This document shows positions 19,324 through 29,683 of a DNA stretch of 64,000 nt, piece after piece. The position numbers were made by a program, and so were the translations under genes. The stretch's first letter is position 1, and each line of letters begins with the position of its first letter. The notes beneath the pieces were generated by a model that was not told the DNA's origin, made no database searches, and saw only the letters and a program-made list of their open reading frames with translations. This DNA comes from Caulobacteraceae bacterium (lineage in GTDB: Bacteria > Pseudomonadota > Alphaproteobacteria > Caulobacterales > Caulobacteraceae): NCBI GenBank assembly GCA_947476325.1, contig CANJPZ010000001.1, forward strand, positions 202,021 through 266,020, read 5' to 3'.

Positions 19324-20802
19324 GTGAACCTGTCGACACTCATCATCCCGAACGCTCCAGACGCCGCGCCAGCGATCAGGTCTGACGAGGCGTGGCTTGA
19401 GCTGGCCATGCGCGCGGCGGACATGGGTGCGAGCTACTGGGACATACCCGCTGACCGTCACTTTCTGAGTGACCGGGCCGCCGCCATTCTCGGCGCCCGG
19501 CCAGGAGCCAGGGCCGCCCGGGGCGGCGGGAGGATGTTTCGCTACACCCATCCGGACGACCTTGCCTGGGTGCGCAAGGTTGTTCTGGGCGCGGTGCGCA
19601 CCGGCGCTCCCTACAAGATTGAACATCGGGTGCACCGAGGCGGCGGCGACGCCGTAATCTGGGTGCTCAGCGCCGGAACGCCCGTCCGTGACGAGAATGG
19701 CCAGGTGGTCCGCCTGCTCAGCGTTGTGAAAGACATCACCGAGCGCAAGGCGAACGAGGCGCGCCGCGAGATGCTGGTCGCCGAACTTGATCACCGGGTA
19801 AAGAACGTCCTGGCGTCGGTCCAGTCCATGGCCCTGCAGTCCGCGCGCCGGGCCCTCTCGCTGGAAGGCTTTCTGAAGACGTTTTCCGGCCGCCTCAAGG
19901 CCATGGCCTCGGCGCACACGCTGCTGACCGCCGCCCGGTGGCGGGGCGCAGAGGTGCGGCACATCGTCAATGCTGAACTGAGTGGCCTTGCGCCGCGCCA
20001 GACTCATCTTGAGGGACCTGAAACCGCGCTAACGCCGCGCGCGACGAACGCCCTGGCTCTGGCGCTGCACGAGCTGGCCTCCAACGCCCTCAAGTTCGGA
20101 GCACTATCCAACGAGGCCGGCCGGGTGGACGTTCAGTGGACCCGCAATGGGCGGGGCGGCCTTGACCTGGACTGGATTGAATCCGGTGGGCCGTCAGTTG
20201 TTCCGCCGGCCCGCCAGGGCTTTGGCAGCATTCTTCTTGAGAACGTAACCGGCCGCGAGCTGGACGGCGAAGTCCGGCTCCAGTTTCGGACCACTGGCGT
20301 CTGGGCGCGGATTTCGTCCGGGCCTGAGGCGCTCGTGCTTCCGGCTTCGACGGACAAGGCGCCTGAAGTCCAGGTCGAAGAACCGCCCAGGCCGGCGGTG
20401 CCGCAAGCGCCAGCCGCGCGCCTGCCGGCCACGGGTCTGGCGGGACTGAAGGTGCTGATCGTTGAGGACTCGCTCCTGCTCGCCCTGGAGCTTGAAAGCG
20501 GTCTTTCGGAAGCCGGCGCCGTGATTGTCGGCCAAGCGGCCAACGTCGACGAAGCGATGGGCCTCGTAGGACCTGACGTCCAGGCCGCGGTGCTGGATGT
20601 GGATCTGAACGGCGTGGCGGTCACGCCTGTTGCGGCGGCCCTCGTGGCGCGCGGCATTCCATTTGTGTTCGCCACCGGGTACGGCGACAATGATATGGCT
20701 CCACAGGGTTTTGACGCGCCGATCATCCGCAAACCCTATGCTGTCACGCAGGTGGCGGCGGCCCTGGCGGATATAAGACGCTCTGTACAAGGCCGCCCGT
20801 AG
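19324..20802 (+). CDS. HWE-family hybrid histidine kinase (PAS - HWE_HK - receiver)
   Basis: PAS region (YWDIPADR...THPDD), H-box ELDHRVKNVLASVQSM, N-box HELASNALKFGAL, HWE signature WIESGGP...GFGS, and a C-terminal REC domain (KVLIVEDS...VLDVDL...RKP). The start is uncertain: GTG 19324 or ATG 19408. The track start 19186 overlaps the divergent DUF883 gene. Confidence 0.85.
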   Translation: MNLSTLIIPNAPDAAPAIRSDEAWLELAMRAADMGASYWDIPADRHFLSDRAAAILGARPGARAARGGGRMFRYTHPDDLAWVRKVVLGAVRTGAPYKIEHRVHRGGGDAVIWVLSAGTPVRDENGQVVRLLSVVKDITERKANEARREMLVAELDHRVKNVLASVQSMALQSARRALSLEGFLKTFSGRLKAMASAHTLLTAARWRGAEVRHIVNAELSGLAPRQTHLEGPETALTPRATNALALALHELASNALKFGALSNEAGRVDVQWTRNGRGGLDLDWIESGGPSVVPPARQGFGSILLENVTGRELDGEVRLQFRTTGVWARISSGPEALVLPASTDKAPEVQVEEPPRPAVPQAPAARLPATGLAGLKVLIVEDSLLLALELESGLSEAGAVIVGQAANVDEAMGLVGPDVQAAVLDVDLNGVAVTPVAAALVARGIPFVFATGYGDNDMAPQGFDAPIIRKPYAVTQVAAALADIRRSVQGRP

Positions 20803-20900
20803 GCTGTCCGCGATCGGCCCGATCTGCCCCCCCCGGGGTTTGACCTTTGGCTGAGCGCGGCCTAAGCGGACCCGGAAAATAACTCGCAAGGACACCTCTC

Positions 20901-22091
20901 ATGGCCCACGATTCAGGCGAAGCCCTCAAGACCTTCCAGTGGGAAGATCCCCTCGATCTGACGAGCCGCCTGACCGAGGACGAGCGGATGATCTCGGACG
21001 CGGCCCAGACCTATGCGCGGGAAAAGCTCCTGCCGCGTGTGGTTTCGGCCTATGCCGATGAGCGCTTCGATCGCGAAATCATGACCGAGATGGGCGCGCA
21101 AGGCTTCCTCGGTGCGACCCTGCCGGAGAAATACGGCGGCTCTGGCGTCTCCCACGTGGCCTACGGTCTGATCGCCCGCGCCGTCGAAAGCGTCGATTCC
21201 GGATACCGCTCAGCCATGAGCGTGCAGTCCTCGCTGGTCATGTATCCGATCTACGCTTTTGGCTCTGAAGAGCAGAAGATGAAGTATCTGCCCGGCATGG
21301 CCCGCGGCGAGATCGTCGGTTGCTTTGGCCTGACCGAGCCCGATGGCGGTTCCGATCCCGGCTCCATGCGAACCGTGGCCCGTGAAGTCGATGGCGGCTA
21401 CATCCTCAACGGCGCCAAGATGTGGATCACCAATTCACCAATCTCGGATGTCTGCCTGGTCTGGGCCAAGCTCGATGGCCGGATCCGGGGCTTCCTGGTC
21501 GATCGCGGCTCGGAAGGCCTGTCCACGCCGAAGATTCAGAACAAGCTTTCCCTGCGCGCCTCGGTGACCGGCGAGATTTCGCTGACTGACGTGTTCGTGC
21601 CGGAAAATCAGCTGATGCCGGGCGTCGAGGGCCTCAAGGGTCCGTTCTCCTGCCTCAACAAGGCCCGTTACGGCATCTCGTGGGGCGCCATGGGCGCCGC
21701 CGAATTCTGCCTGCACGCCAGCCGCGAGTACACAATGAGTCGCATGTTGTTCAACCGGCCGCTCGCCCAGCGCCAGCTGGTGCAGAAAAAGCTGGCTGAC
21801 ATGCAGACCGAGATCGCCCTTGGCCTTGAAGGCGCCTACGCGCTGGGCCGACTGATCGACACCGGTGCCTGGGTGCCGGAGGCCATCAGCCTGATGAAGC
21901 GCAACAACTGCGGCAAGGCGCTGGATATCGCCCGTGTGGCCCGCGATATTCACGGCGGCAACGGCATTTCCGGCGAGTATCACGTCATGCGCCACGCCTC
22001 GAACCTCGAAACGGTCAATACCTACGAAGGCGCCCACGACGTCCACGCCCTGATCCTGGGCCGCGCGATCACCGGACTGAACGCGTTCTAG
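20901..22091 (+). CDS. gcdH: Glutaryl-CoA dehydrogenase (acyl-CoA dehydrogenase family)
   Basis: [10 protein letters not shown]-terminus, [21 protein letters not shown], and C-terminal [18 protein letters not shown]. Confidence 0.9.
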   Translation: MAHDSGEALKTFQWEDPLDLTSRLTEDERMISDAAQTYAREKLLPRVVSAYADERFDREIMTEMGAQGFLGATLPEKYGGSGVSHVAYGLIARAVESVDSGYRSAMSVQSSLVMYPIYAFGSEEQKMKYLPGMARGEIVGCFGLTEPDGGSDPGSMRTVAREVDGGYILNGAKMWITNSPISDVCLVWAKLDGRIRGFLVDRGSEGLSTPKIQNKLSLRASVTGEISLTDVFVPENQLMPGVEGLKGPFSCLNKARYGISWGAMGAAEFCLHASREYTMSRMLFNRPLAQRQLVQKKLADMQTEIALGLEGAYALGRLIDTGAWVPEAISLMKRNNCGKALDIARVARDIHGGNGISGEYHVMRHASNLETVNTYEGAHDVHALILGRAITGLNAF

Positions 22092-22181
22092 ACCAGCGCG
22101 TTTGGCGCCGCGGAAAGTTGCAACGGACTGTTTACGGCTCGCCGCTACCCTTGCGTGAATTCCCGGGGGACCCAGGCGCGC

Positions 22182-24068
22182 ATGGACCAGAACGATCCCA
22201 TCCGCTGGCTGTTTGAAAACAGCCGCGAACTGATGGCGGTGGTCGGCGCGGAAAACGATTTCCAGGCCGTCAATCCTGCCTGGACACTCGCTACCGGCTG
22301 GATGGAAGCAGAGCTCATCAAACGGCCGTGCGTCGAGGTCATTCACCCCGAGGACATTCCGGTGGTCGCCTATACGGCAGCTGAGCTTAGGGCCGGACGC
22401 GACGCTGAACACACGGTCCGCGTCCTCCACAAGGACGGGACCTATCGCTGGTATTCCGGCTATCACAAGCTGCTGGAAAACGGCTCTTTCATCGGGGTTC
22501 TGAACGACGTCACCGGAGAGCGCGACCGCAGTATGGAGCTGGAAGAGGCGCGGCACAACAGCCGCCTCCTGGCCGAAGCTGCCGGTATCGGCACATGGTC
22601 GTTCGATCCCGTCGCCAACAGTCGCAAGTGGTCGCCCGACTTCTGCGCCATGGCCGGCTGGTCCCAGGAGGAGATGGAAACAGGAGAGCAGTTCCGGCTC
22701 CTGGTTCATCCCGACGATCTGGCCGGAATGAACGAGATCACCGGCAAGGCGATCATGGAAGGCGGCGAAGGCTCATTTCAGCATCGACTGAAGAGCAAGG
22801 ACGGGCGCTGGATTCACATTCGGGCGACCTTCCGGACAGTGCCCACGGCGACGGGACAATTTGTTCTGAAGGGGATCTCCCAAGACGTCACGCCCCTGGC
22901 CGAGGCGCTGGAAGCAGCTGAGGCGGCCAGTGAAGCCAAGGCCAACTTCCTGGCCAACATGAGCCATGAGATCCGCACGCCGATGAACGGCGTCATGGGT
23001 GTTCTGCGTCTGTTGAATGATGAGCCTCTAAGCGTCGAGGGCCGCAAGATGCTGCACCAGGCGGTCGGCTGCGGCGAGATGCTGGCCGAACTGCTGAACG
23101 ACGTTCTGGATTTCTCCAAGATCGAAGCGGGCAAGCTTGAAATGAATCCGGAGCCCGTCAATCCAGGGCACCTGGTCGAAGGCGTCGCCAGCCTCATTCG
23201 CCCTCAAGCTGAAGGCAAGGGTCTGAAACTGATCGTTGATCGGACTGAAGCGCGCGGCTGGATTTCAATCGATCCGGTGCGCCTGCGACAGGCCCTGTTC
23301 AATCTGGTCGGCAATGCGGTGAAGTTCACCCTGTTTGGCGAGGTCACCATTCGCGCCCGGATTCTCCAGAGCCCACAGGGCCAGCGTCTGCGCATCGAGA
23401 TCCAGGACACTGGCGTGGGCATTTCGAAAGAGGCTCAGACCAGCCTGTTCCAGCGCTTTTCCCAGGCTGACAGCTCAACCACCCGCCGGTTCGGCGGCAC
23501 CGGTCTTGGCCTGGCCATCACCCAGAGACTTGCCGAGATGATGGACGGCGATGTGGGCGTTCACTCCGTGCTGGGTGAAGGCTCGACCTTCTGGATCGAG
23601 ATTGCCGCGCCGCAGGCCGAGCAGACCAGACTCGAGGTGGTGGCCGAAGCCGGTTATCTGGACGGTCTGTCCATCCTGGTGGTCGAGGACAATGCGGTGA
23701 ACCGGATGATCGCCAGCAAGATGCTGGAGAATCTGGGCGCCGCCGTTGAGACCGCCGTCGACGGCGAACATGGCGTCGAGGCCGCCGCCCGCGGCGCCTT
23801 TGATCTGGTTCTTATGGACATCCAGATGCCCGGGATCGATGGCGTCGAGGCCACCCGCCGAATCCGCGCCATGGAGGGTCCGGCGCGCGATCTGCCGATC
23901 ATTGCCCTGACCGCCAATGTCATGGCCCATCAGCGCCAAGACTATCTGAACGCCGGCATGAACGGCGTGGTCGGCAAGCCGATCAACCCCAACGTCCTGC
24001 TGTCGGAAATCGCCCGGCTGGCCGGTGCGGGCGCGACCCAGACCGCCTCCGCGGAACATGCCGCCTAG
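22182..24068 (+). CDS. Hybrid sensor histidine kinase/response regulator (2 PAS - HisKA - HATPase - REC)
   Basis: FLANMSHEIRTPMNGV H-box, NLVGNAVKFT, DTGVGI, GGTGLGLAI, and REC domain ILVVEDNAVN...LMDIQMPGIDG. ATG 22182 is preferred over GTG 22155. Confidence 0.88.
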   Translation: MDQNDPIRWLFENSRELMAVVGAENDFQAVNPAWTLATGWMEAELIKRPCVEVIHPEDIPVVAYTAAELRAGRDAEHTVRVLHKDGTYRWYSGYHKLLENGSFIGVLNDVTGERDRSMELEEARHNSRLLAEAAGIGTWSFDPVANSRKWSPDFCAMAGWSQEEMETGEQFRLLVHPDDLAGMNEITGKAIMEGGEGSFQHRLKSKDGRWIHIRATFRTVPTATGQFVLKGISQDVTPLAEALEAAEAASEAKANFLANMSHEIRTPMNGVMGVLRLLNDEPLSVEGRKMLHQAVGCGEMLAELLNDVLDFSKIEAGKLEMNPEPVNPGHLVEGVASLIRPQAEGKGLKLIVDRTEARGWISIDPVRLRQALFNLVGNAVKFTLFGEVTIRARILQSPQGQRLRIEIQDTGVGISKEAQTSLFQRFSQADSSTTRRFGGTGLGLAITQRLAEMMDGDVGVHSVLGEGSTFWIEIAAPQAEQTRLEVVAEAGYLDGLSILVVEDNAVNRMIASKMLENLGAAVETAVDGEHGVEAAARGAFDLVLMDIQMPGIDGVEATRRIRAMEGPARDLPIIALTANVMAHQRQDYLNAGMNGVVGKPINPNVLLSEIARLAGAGATQTASAEHAA

Positions 24069-24126
24069 GCGCTTTGCCCACCGGGATGGCCAGTGCTAAA
24101 CAACCGCCTTAAGCGGGGGCGGGGCA

Positions 24127-25761
24127 ATGGCGAACAAGACAGCAGGCATCAAGACGGTGGTCACGGCATCGACCGCCGGCACCGCTTTCGAGTGGTACGA
24201 TTTCTTCCTATATGTGCCGATGGCCGGGATCATGACCCGGGTGTTCTTCTCGGCCCTTGATCCGACCAGCGGCTATATCCTGGCCCTGCTCAGCTTTGCC
24301 GTCGGCTTTGCCTTTCGCCCCGTCGGCGCACTGATCTTTGGCCGTATCGGCGACCGGATCGGGCGCAAGGCGACGTTCCTGGTGACCATGGGACTGATGG
24401 GGGCGGCAACCTTCGCCATCGGCTTTGTGCCCAGCTACGCCCAGATCGGCATTGCCGCGCCCCTCATCTTCGTCGGCCTGCGCATCCTCCAGGGTCTGGC
24501 GCTGGGTGGCGAATGGGGCGGGGCGGCGATCTACATCGTCGAGCACGTCGAGGCCGACAAGCGCGGCGCCATGTCCAGCTGGCTTGGCTGTTCGGCTGCC
24601 TTTGGCCTGGGCGCCGCGCTTCTGGTCGTACTGATCACCCGCAATGTTGTGGGCAAGGAGTTTTTCAACAACGGCTGGGGCTGGCGCATCCCCTTCATGT
24701 TCTCGGCCGTGCTGCTGGCGATCTCGATGTGGATCCGCCTGCGCCTGCACGAAAGCCCGATCTTCGCCAAGATGCGTGATGAAGGCCGCCGTTCGGAAAA
24801 GCCGCTGGCCGAATCCTTCCTGAACTGGCCGAACCTGAAACGGGTCCTGCTCGCCCTGTTCGGCATCATGCTGGCCCAGGGCGCGGTCTGGTACTGCGTC
24901 TTCTTCTATGCCCAGACCTTCATGGAAAAGACCGTCCACGTCGACGCCAACATATCGCAGTTCGTCGTCCTAGCCCTGACGGCCTGCAGCGTGCCGCTCT
25001 ATCTGGTATTCGGCAAACTGTCCGACCGGATCGGTCGCAAGCCGGTGATGCTGTTTGGTCTGGTGGTCATGCTGATCGCCTATTTCCCGGCCTTCCACAT
25101 GATCGAGAAGTTCGGCAATCCGGCGCTCAGCGCCGCCCAGAGCGCCTCGCCGGTGACGGTCATCGTCGATCCGGCCGACTGCAACGTCCAGTTCGATCCG
25201 GTGGGCAAGACGCAGTTCGTCACCTCGTGCGATATCGCCAAGAGCACGGTGTCGGCCTCGGGGATTTCCTACGCCATTGAAAAGGCGCCGGCCGGATCGA
25301 TCGCCAAGGTGCGCATCGGCCAGACCGTGGTCGATTCGGCCCATGCCGAAGGCGCCGACCCCAAGGCCCTGACCGCCAGCAAGACCGCCATCGCGGGGCG
25401 CATTACGGCCGCCTTGCGGGCCGCCGGCTACCCGAAGGATGCAGCGCCCTCCGAGACCTCATCTGCGGGGTTGTTCGTGATCATCCTGGTTATGGTGATC
25501 GGCGCAACGGCTCTTTACGGGCCCCAGGCCGCGGCCCTGGTCGAGATGTTCCCCGCGCGGGTGCGCTATACGGCCCTGTCCCTTCCATACCATATCGGTA
25601 CCGGATGGGTCGGCGGCTTCCTGCCGGCCAGCGCCCTGGCCATCGTCACGGCCACCGGCAATATCTATTCAGGGTTGTGGTACCCGTTCATCTTCACCGC
25701 CATCAGCGCGGTGGTGATGCTGTTCTTCCTCAAGGAAATGCGCGGCGCGCCCCTGGACTAG
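24127..25761 (+). CDS. MFS transporter, metabolite:H+ symporter (MHS) type, with a large extra loop domain
   Basis: FEWYDFFLY N-terminal signature and two GRxGDRxGRK-type motifs (FGRIGDRIGRK, GKLSDRIGRKP); 12 predicted TM. A ~120-aa hydrophilic insert lies between TM9 and TM10. Confidence 0.9.
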   Translation: MANKTAGIKTVVTASTAGTAFEWYDFFLYVPMAGIMTRVFFSALDPTSGYILALLSFAVGFAFRPVGALIFGRIGDRIGRKATFLVTMGLMGAATFAIGFVPSYAQIGIAAPLIFVGLRILQGLALGGEWGGAAIYIVEHVEADKRGAMSSWLGCSAAFGLGAALLVVLITRNVVGKEFFNNGWGWRIPFMFSAVLLAISMWIRLRLHESPIFAKMRDEGRRSEKPLAESFLNWPNLKRVLLALFGIMLAQGAVWYCVFFYAQTFMEKTVHVDANISQFVVLALTACSVPLYLVFGKLSDRIGRKPVMLFGLVVMLIAYFPAFHMIEKFGNPALSAAQSASPVTVIVDPADCNVQFDPVGKTQFVTSCDIAKSTVSASGISYAIEKAPAGSIAKVRIGQTVVDSAHAEGADPKALTASKTAIAGRITAALRAAGYPKDAAPSETSSAGLFVIILVMVIGATALYGPQAAALVEMFPARVRYTALSLPYHIGTGWVGGFLPASALAIVTATGNIYSGLWYPFIFTAISAVVMLFFLKEMRGAPLD

Positions 25762-25802
25762 ACACGTCCATCTCGGGAACGAGACGTCTAATTCACCTGC
25801 TG

Positions 25803-25894
25803 TCCCCGCGAAGGCGGGGACCCAACGGATGTTCCGGACTAACGCCGCTGTTCGTGGGATTGACAGTGTATGGGTCCCCGCCTTCGCGGGGACG
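25803..25894. repeat. Pair of REP-like palindromic units in inverted orientation
   Basis: GTCCCCGCgaagGCGGGGAC (25803-25822) and GTCCCCGCcttcGCGGGGAC (25875-25894), 52 nt apart, in the MFS/yciB convergent spacer. Confidence 0.6.
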
Positions 25895-25910
25895 ATCGGA
25901 TGAGATTGTC

Positions 25911-26537
25911 CTAGTCGGCCGGCGGCACCGGTGGGGACTCTTCCAGCTCCTGCGCGGCCATGTCCTTCATCATCAACGGCACCTGGGTGAACGAGAAAAT
26001 CACTGCCAGTATAGGCACGCCCGGAAAGCGGAAGAACACCCAGTTTCCCTCGGTGAACAGGTGGTGGGCGGCGGCGTTGCGCCAGATGATTTCATTGCTG
26101 ACGGCGATGAAGGCAAAGAACAGCGCATAGCGCAGCGTCAGCCGCTTCCAGGTGGCGTCCTGCAGTTTCAGCGCCTCGCCCAGCAGGGCCTTCAGCGGCG
26201 CCTTGCCCATGGCCTGACCGGCCAGCAGGGCGCAGGCCAGAATGCCGTCGATGATCGTCAGCTTGATCTTGATGAAAATGGAGTCGTGGAACACCAGGGC
26301 CAGGCCGGCGAACACGATGGCCGATACGCCGGTGAACAGGGGCAGGATCGGCAGCTTTTTCAGAACGATCAGGCCGATCGCCAGGCCGGCGGCCGAGCCG
26401 ATGGCCAAGCCCCAGCTTGCGAACATCAGGTCGCCCTTGCCCGACATCCGAGAGATCAGATAGGCGCCGGCAAAGGCGATGAGGCCCAGATAGTCGACTA
26501 GGGGCTGGACCCATTTCGGCGGTGTCTTGTCAGCCAT
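25911..26537 (-). CDS. yciB: Intracellular septation protein A (YciB/IspZ)
   Basis: Five-TM protein of 208 aa with the characteristic KIKLTIIDG... and ...WVFFRFPG blocks. Conserved neighbour of ftsY in alphaproteobacteria. Confidence 0.85.
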   Translation of the reverse strand: MADKTPPKWVQPLVDYLGLIAFAGAYLISRMSGKGDLMFASWGLAIGSAAGLAIGLIVLKKLPILPLFTGVSAIVFAGLALVFHDSIFIKIKLTIIDGILACALLAGQAMGKAPLKALLGEALKLQDATWKRLTLRYALFFAFIAVSNEIIWRNAAAHHLFTEGNWVFFRFPGVPILAVIFSFTQVPLMMKDMAAQELEESPPVPPAD

Positions 26538-26542
26538 CAGAT

Positions 26543-27484
26543 TCAGGCCTCCAGCCCAACTAGGGATCGCGAAAAGGCGACCGCGTCAAAATCCTGCAGA
26601 TCCTCAATGCCTTCGCCCACGCCGATCAACTTGATCGGGGCGTCGGACGCCTGGGCCACCGGCACCAGAACACCGCCGCGGGCGGTGCCATCAAGCTTGG
26701 TCATCACGATGCCGGTCACGCCGGCCGTGTTGCCGAAGATGTTCTCCTGGGCCAGGGCGTTGCGGCCCACCGTGGCGTCCAGCACCAGCAAGGTTTCATG
26801 AGGCGCCTCGGCGTCAAATTTTTTCAGCACCCGGACAATCTTGAGCAGTTCGTCCATCAGGCCCTGCTTGTTCTGCAGCCGGCCGGCCGTGTCGATCAGC
26901 ACCACGTCAAAGGCTTCCGCCTGGGCCCGCTCGCAAGCCTCGAAGGCCAGCCCGGCGGCGTCGGAATTGATCGGCCGCGACATGAACGCCGCCCCGGCCC
27001 GATCCGCCCAGACCTTCAGCTGTTCGACAGCTGCGGCGCGGAAAGTATCGCCCGCCACCACCATCACCTTGGCACCGCGCCCGGTCAGATTGGCGGCGAT
27101 CTTGCCAAGCGTTGTGGTCTTGCCCGAACCGTTGACGCCCACGAACAACACGACATAGGGCCGCGACGTTGAACCCAGGGGATCAAACCGGCCCTGCCGG
27201 GGCGCGAGTTCGGCGGCCACCAGCTCGGCCAGGGCGGCCTTGACCTCATCTTCGGAACTGCTCTTGCCGAACCGGTTCTCGCCAAACGCCCTGGCGATCT
27301 TGGCGGCGGTGCGCGGTCCAAGATCAGCCTCGATCAGCATCTCTTCCAGATCGTCGAGCGCGGCCTGATCCAGCGGCTTTTTCGCCACCACCGCCACCAC
27401 GCTCTCGGCCATCTGGCCGGCCGAGCGCGACAGACCCTGGGTGAGGCGGGCAAACCAGCCCTTCTTTTTCGGCTCTTCAGTCAT
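26543..27484 (-). CDS. ftsY: Signal recognition particle receptor FtsY
   Basis: SRP GTPase motifs GVNGSGKTTT, DTAGRL, TKLDG and GVGEGIEDL. Confidence 0.95.
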   Translation of the reverse strand: MTEEPKKKGWFARLTQGLSRSAGQMAESVVAVVAKKPLDQAALDDLEEMLIEADLGPRTAAKIARAFGENRFGKSSSEDEVKAALAELVAAELAPRQGRFDPLGSTSRPYVVLFVGVNGSGKTTTLGKIAANLTGRGAKVMVVAGDTFRAAAVEQLKVWADRAGAAFMSRPINSDAAGLAFEACERAQAEAFDVVLIDTAGRLQNKQGLMDELLKIVRVLKKFDAEAPHETLLVLDATVGRNALAQENIFGNTAGVTGIVMTKLDGTARGGVLVPVAQASDAPIKLIGVGEGIEDLQDFDAVAFSRSLVGLEA

Positions 27485-27493
27485 GGGCGGTCT

Positions 27494-28789
27494 CTAGCGC
27501 GGTCCGCCGGGGCTGTCTTGAGCCACTTTGGCCAGAGCGCGCCGGCCGTCATGACCGGTGACCGTCATGGCGACGATCTCGCCCACCGGGGCCACGCCCT
27601 CAAAGGCGATCTCGGTGAAGTCCGCCGCTCGGGCGATCCCGGCCTTTTCGACCAGCCCGTTCAGGGTGCGGCCGATCTGGGCGTCCAGATGGCGCACCAG
27701 TCCTGCATCGCCGCCGGCCCGCAGCCGGGCGGCGCGGGCCTTGACCACAGGGCCCTTGACGGCCGGCATCCGCGCGGCGGGCGTTCCGGGCCGGGCGCTG
27801 AACGGGAAGACATGCAGGAACGACAGGCCCGCCTCATCAACCAGGGCCAGGGTATTGGCGAACATCGCCTCGTCCTCGGTGGGAAACCCGGCGATCAGGT
27901 CGGCGCCGAAGGCAATGTCGGGCCGCACCGCCCGGACGCGGGCGATCAGGTCCAGGGACTGGGCGCGGCTATGGCGGCGCTTCATCCGCTTCAGGATCAT
28001 GTCGTCGCCGGCCTGCAGCGACAGGTGCAGATAGGGGCAAAGCCGCGACTCCTGCGCCAGGCAGCGCATCAGCTCGTCGTCGATTTCGGCGGCGTCGATG
28101 GACGAGAGGCGAAGGCGGGCAAGGTCGGGGACCAGCTTCAGAATCCGCGCCACAAGGTTTCCCAGCTGCGGCGCGCCCGGCAGATCGGCGCCCCAGCTGG
28201 TCAGGTCAACGCCGGTCAGCACCACTTCGCGCACGCCGGATGCGGCCAGCCGGCGAACCTGCTCGACCACCTCGCCGGCCGGGACCGAGCGCGAATTGCC
28301 CCGCCCGAACGGGATGATGCAAAAGGTGCAGCGGTGATCACAGCCGTTCTGGACCTCGACATAGGCCCGCGCCCGGTCGCGCAGGCCATCGACCAGATGA
28401 CCGGCCGTCTGCTTGACGCTCATGATGTCATTGACCCGAACCCGGGCCTCATCGGGCAGATAGGCGCCCTGCGCCGACTTTTCCGCATTGCCCAGCACCA
28501 GGTCGATTTCCGGCATGGCGGCGAAGGCGGCGGGATCAATCTGGGCCGCGCAGCCGGTGACCACGATGCGCGCATCGGGCCGCTCGCGCCGCGCCTTGCG
28601 GATCGCCTGCCGCGCCTGACGCACGGCCTCGCCGGTCACGGCGCAGGTGTTGAACACCACGGCGTTGGTCAGGCCATCGGCCTCGGCGCGGGCCCGGATC
28701 TGCTCGGACTCATAGGCGTTCAGCCGGCAGCCAAAGGTTACCACCTCAAGGGAGCCCGCTTGCGCAATAGGGTTGGAGCCATCGGCCAT
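27494..28789 (-). CDS. mtaB: tRNA methylthiotransferase MtaB (MiaB-like radical SAM)
   Basis: FGCRLNAYESE, radical-SAM CDHRCTFCIIP, and a TRAM-like C-terminus. Start taken at internal ATG 28789 (MADGSNPI...) to avoid overlapping dapF. Confidence 0.88.
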   Translation of the reverse strand: MADGSNPIAQAGSLEVVTFGCRLNAYESEQIRARAEADGLTNAVVFNTCAVTGEAVRQARQAIRKARRERPDARIVVTGCAAQIDPAAFAAMPEIDLVLGNAEKSAQGAYLPDEARVRVNDIMSVKQTAGHLVDGLRDRARAYVEVQNGCDHRCTFCIIPFGRGNSRSVPAGEVVEQVRRLAASGVREVVLTGVDLTSWGADLPGAPQLGNLVARILKLVPDLARLRLSSIDAAEIDDELMRCLAQESRLCPYLHLSLQAGDDMILKRMKRRHSRAQSLDLIARVRAVRPDIAFGADLIAGFPTEDEAMFANTLALVDEAGLSFLHVFPFSARPGTPAARMPAVKGPVVKARAARLRAGGDAGLVRHLDAQIGRTLNGLVEKAGIARAADFTEIAFEGVAPVGEIVAMTVTGHDGRRALAKVAQDSPGGPR

Positions 28790-28836
28790 GGGCGGCGCTC
28801 TAGCAGTTTGGGGGCCAAAAGGCGACCATGCCGGGC

Positions 28837-29664
28837 TCAGTCCGGCAGCGTCCCCGAATATTCCAGCGCCACCGGCCCGGTCATGATCACGTGGTTGTCG
28901 GCCTCGCGCCATTCGATGACCAGCTCGCCGCCGTCCAGTTCCAGCGTCGCCTTGCGACCTGTCAGCCCCCGCCGGTGGGCCGCCACCAGGGCTGCGCAGG
29001 CGCCGGTGCCGCAGGCCTTGGTCAGGCCCGCGCCCCGTTCCCAGACCCGCAAGCGAATGCGGTCGCGTCCCTTGATCTGGGCGAACCCGACATTGACCGC
29101 CTCGGGGAACAGCGGGTGGTGCTCCAGCAGGCTGCCGTCGCGGGTCACATCGACGGCGTCGATATCGTCCACAAAGAACACAACGTGCGGATTGCCCATG
29201 GAGACACAGCCGGGCGTGTGCAGGCGCGGATTGTCAATGGGTCCGACCTGCAGCTCGATGCCGCGCGTGTCCATGTCTTCGGCCAGGGGGATTTCATTCC
29301 AGTCCAGGCGCGGCTCGCCCATGTCCACCGAGACGCTGTTCTCGCCAGCCCGGGTTGCCGACAGGCGCCGCTCTTCGGTGCGGAAACTGGCCGCGTCCAG
29401 CCCCGAAGCGCGCATCAACAGCCAGCCGGCACATCGCGAGCCGTTGCCGCAGGCGCCGATTTCCTCGCCGTCCGCGTTCCAGAACCGCACCAGGGGCTCG
29501 GTCCGGCCGGGCGCTATGCTGATCAGCTGGTCAAAGCCGACCCCGGACTTGCGGTCAGCCCAGGCGCGCACCTGATCCGCCGTGGGATCAAAGGCCTCGG
29601 CGCCGGTCTGGACGACGACGAAGTCGTTGCCCAGACCGTTCATCTTGAGAAATGGTCGGCTCAT
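28837..29664 (-). CDS. dapF: Diaminopimelate epimerase
   Basis: KMNGLGNDFVVV plus the two catalytic-Cys blocks (GACGNGSRC, KACGTGACA). Confidence 0.95.
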   Translation of the reverse strand: MSRPFLKMNGLGNDFVVVQTGAEAFDPTADQVRAWADRKSGVGFDQLISIAPGRTEPLVRFWNADGEEIGACGNGSRCAGWLLMRASGLDAASFRTEERRLSATRAGENSVSVDMGEPRLDWNEIPLAEDMDTRGIELQVGPIDNPRLHTPGCVSMGNPHVVFFVDDIDAVDVTRDGSLLEHHPLFPEAVNVGFAQIKGRDRIRLRVWERGAGLTKACGTGACAALVAAHRRGLTGRKATLELDGGELVIEWREADNHVIMTGPVALEYSGTLPD

Positions 29665-29683
29665 GGGCGGGCTCTATAGACCA

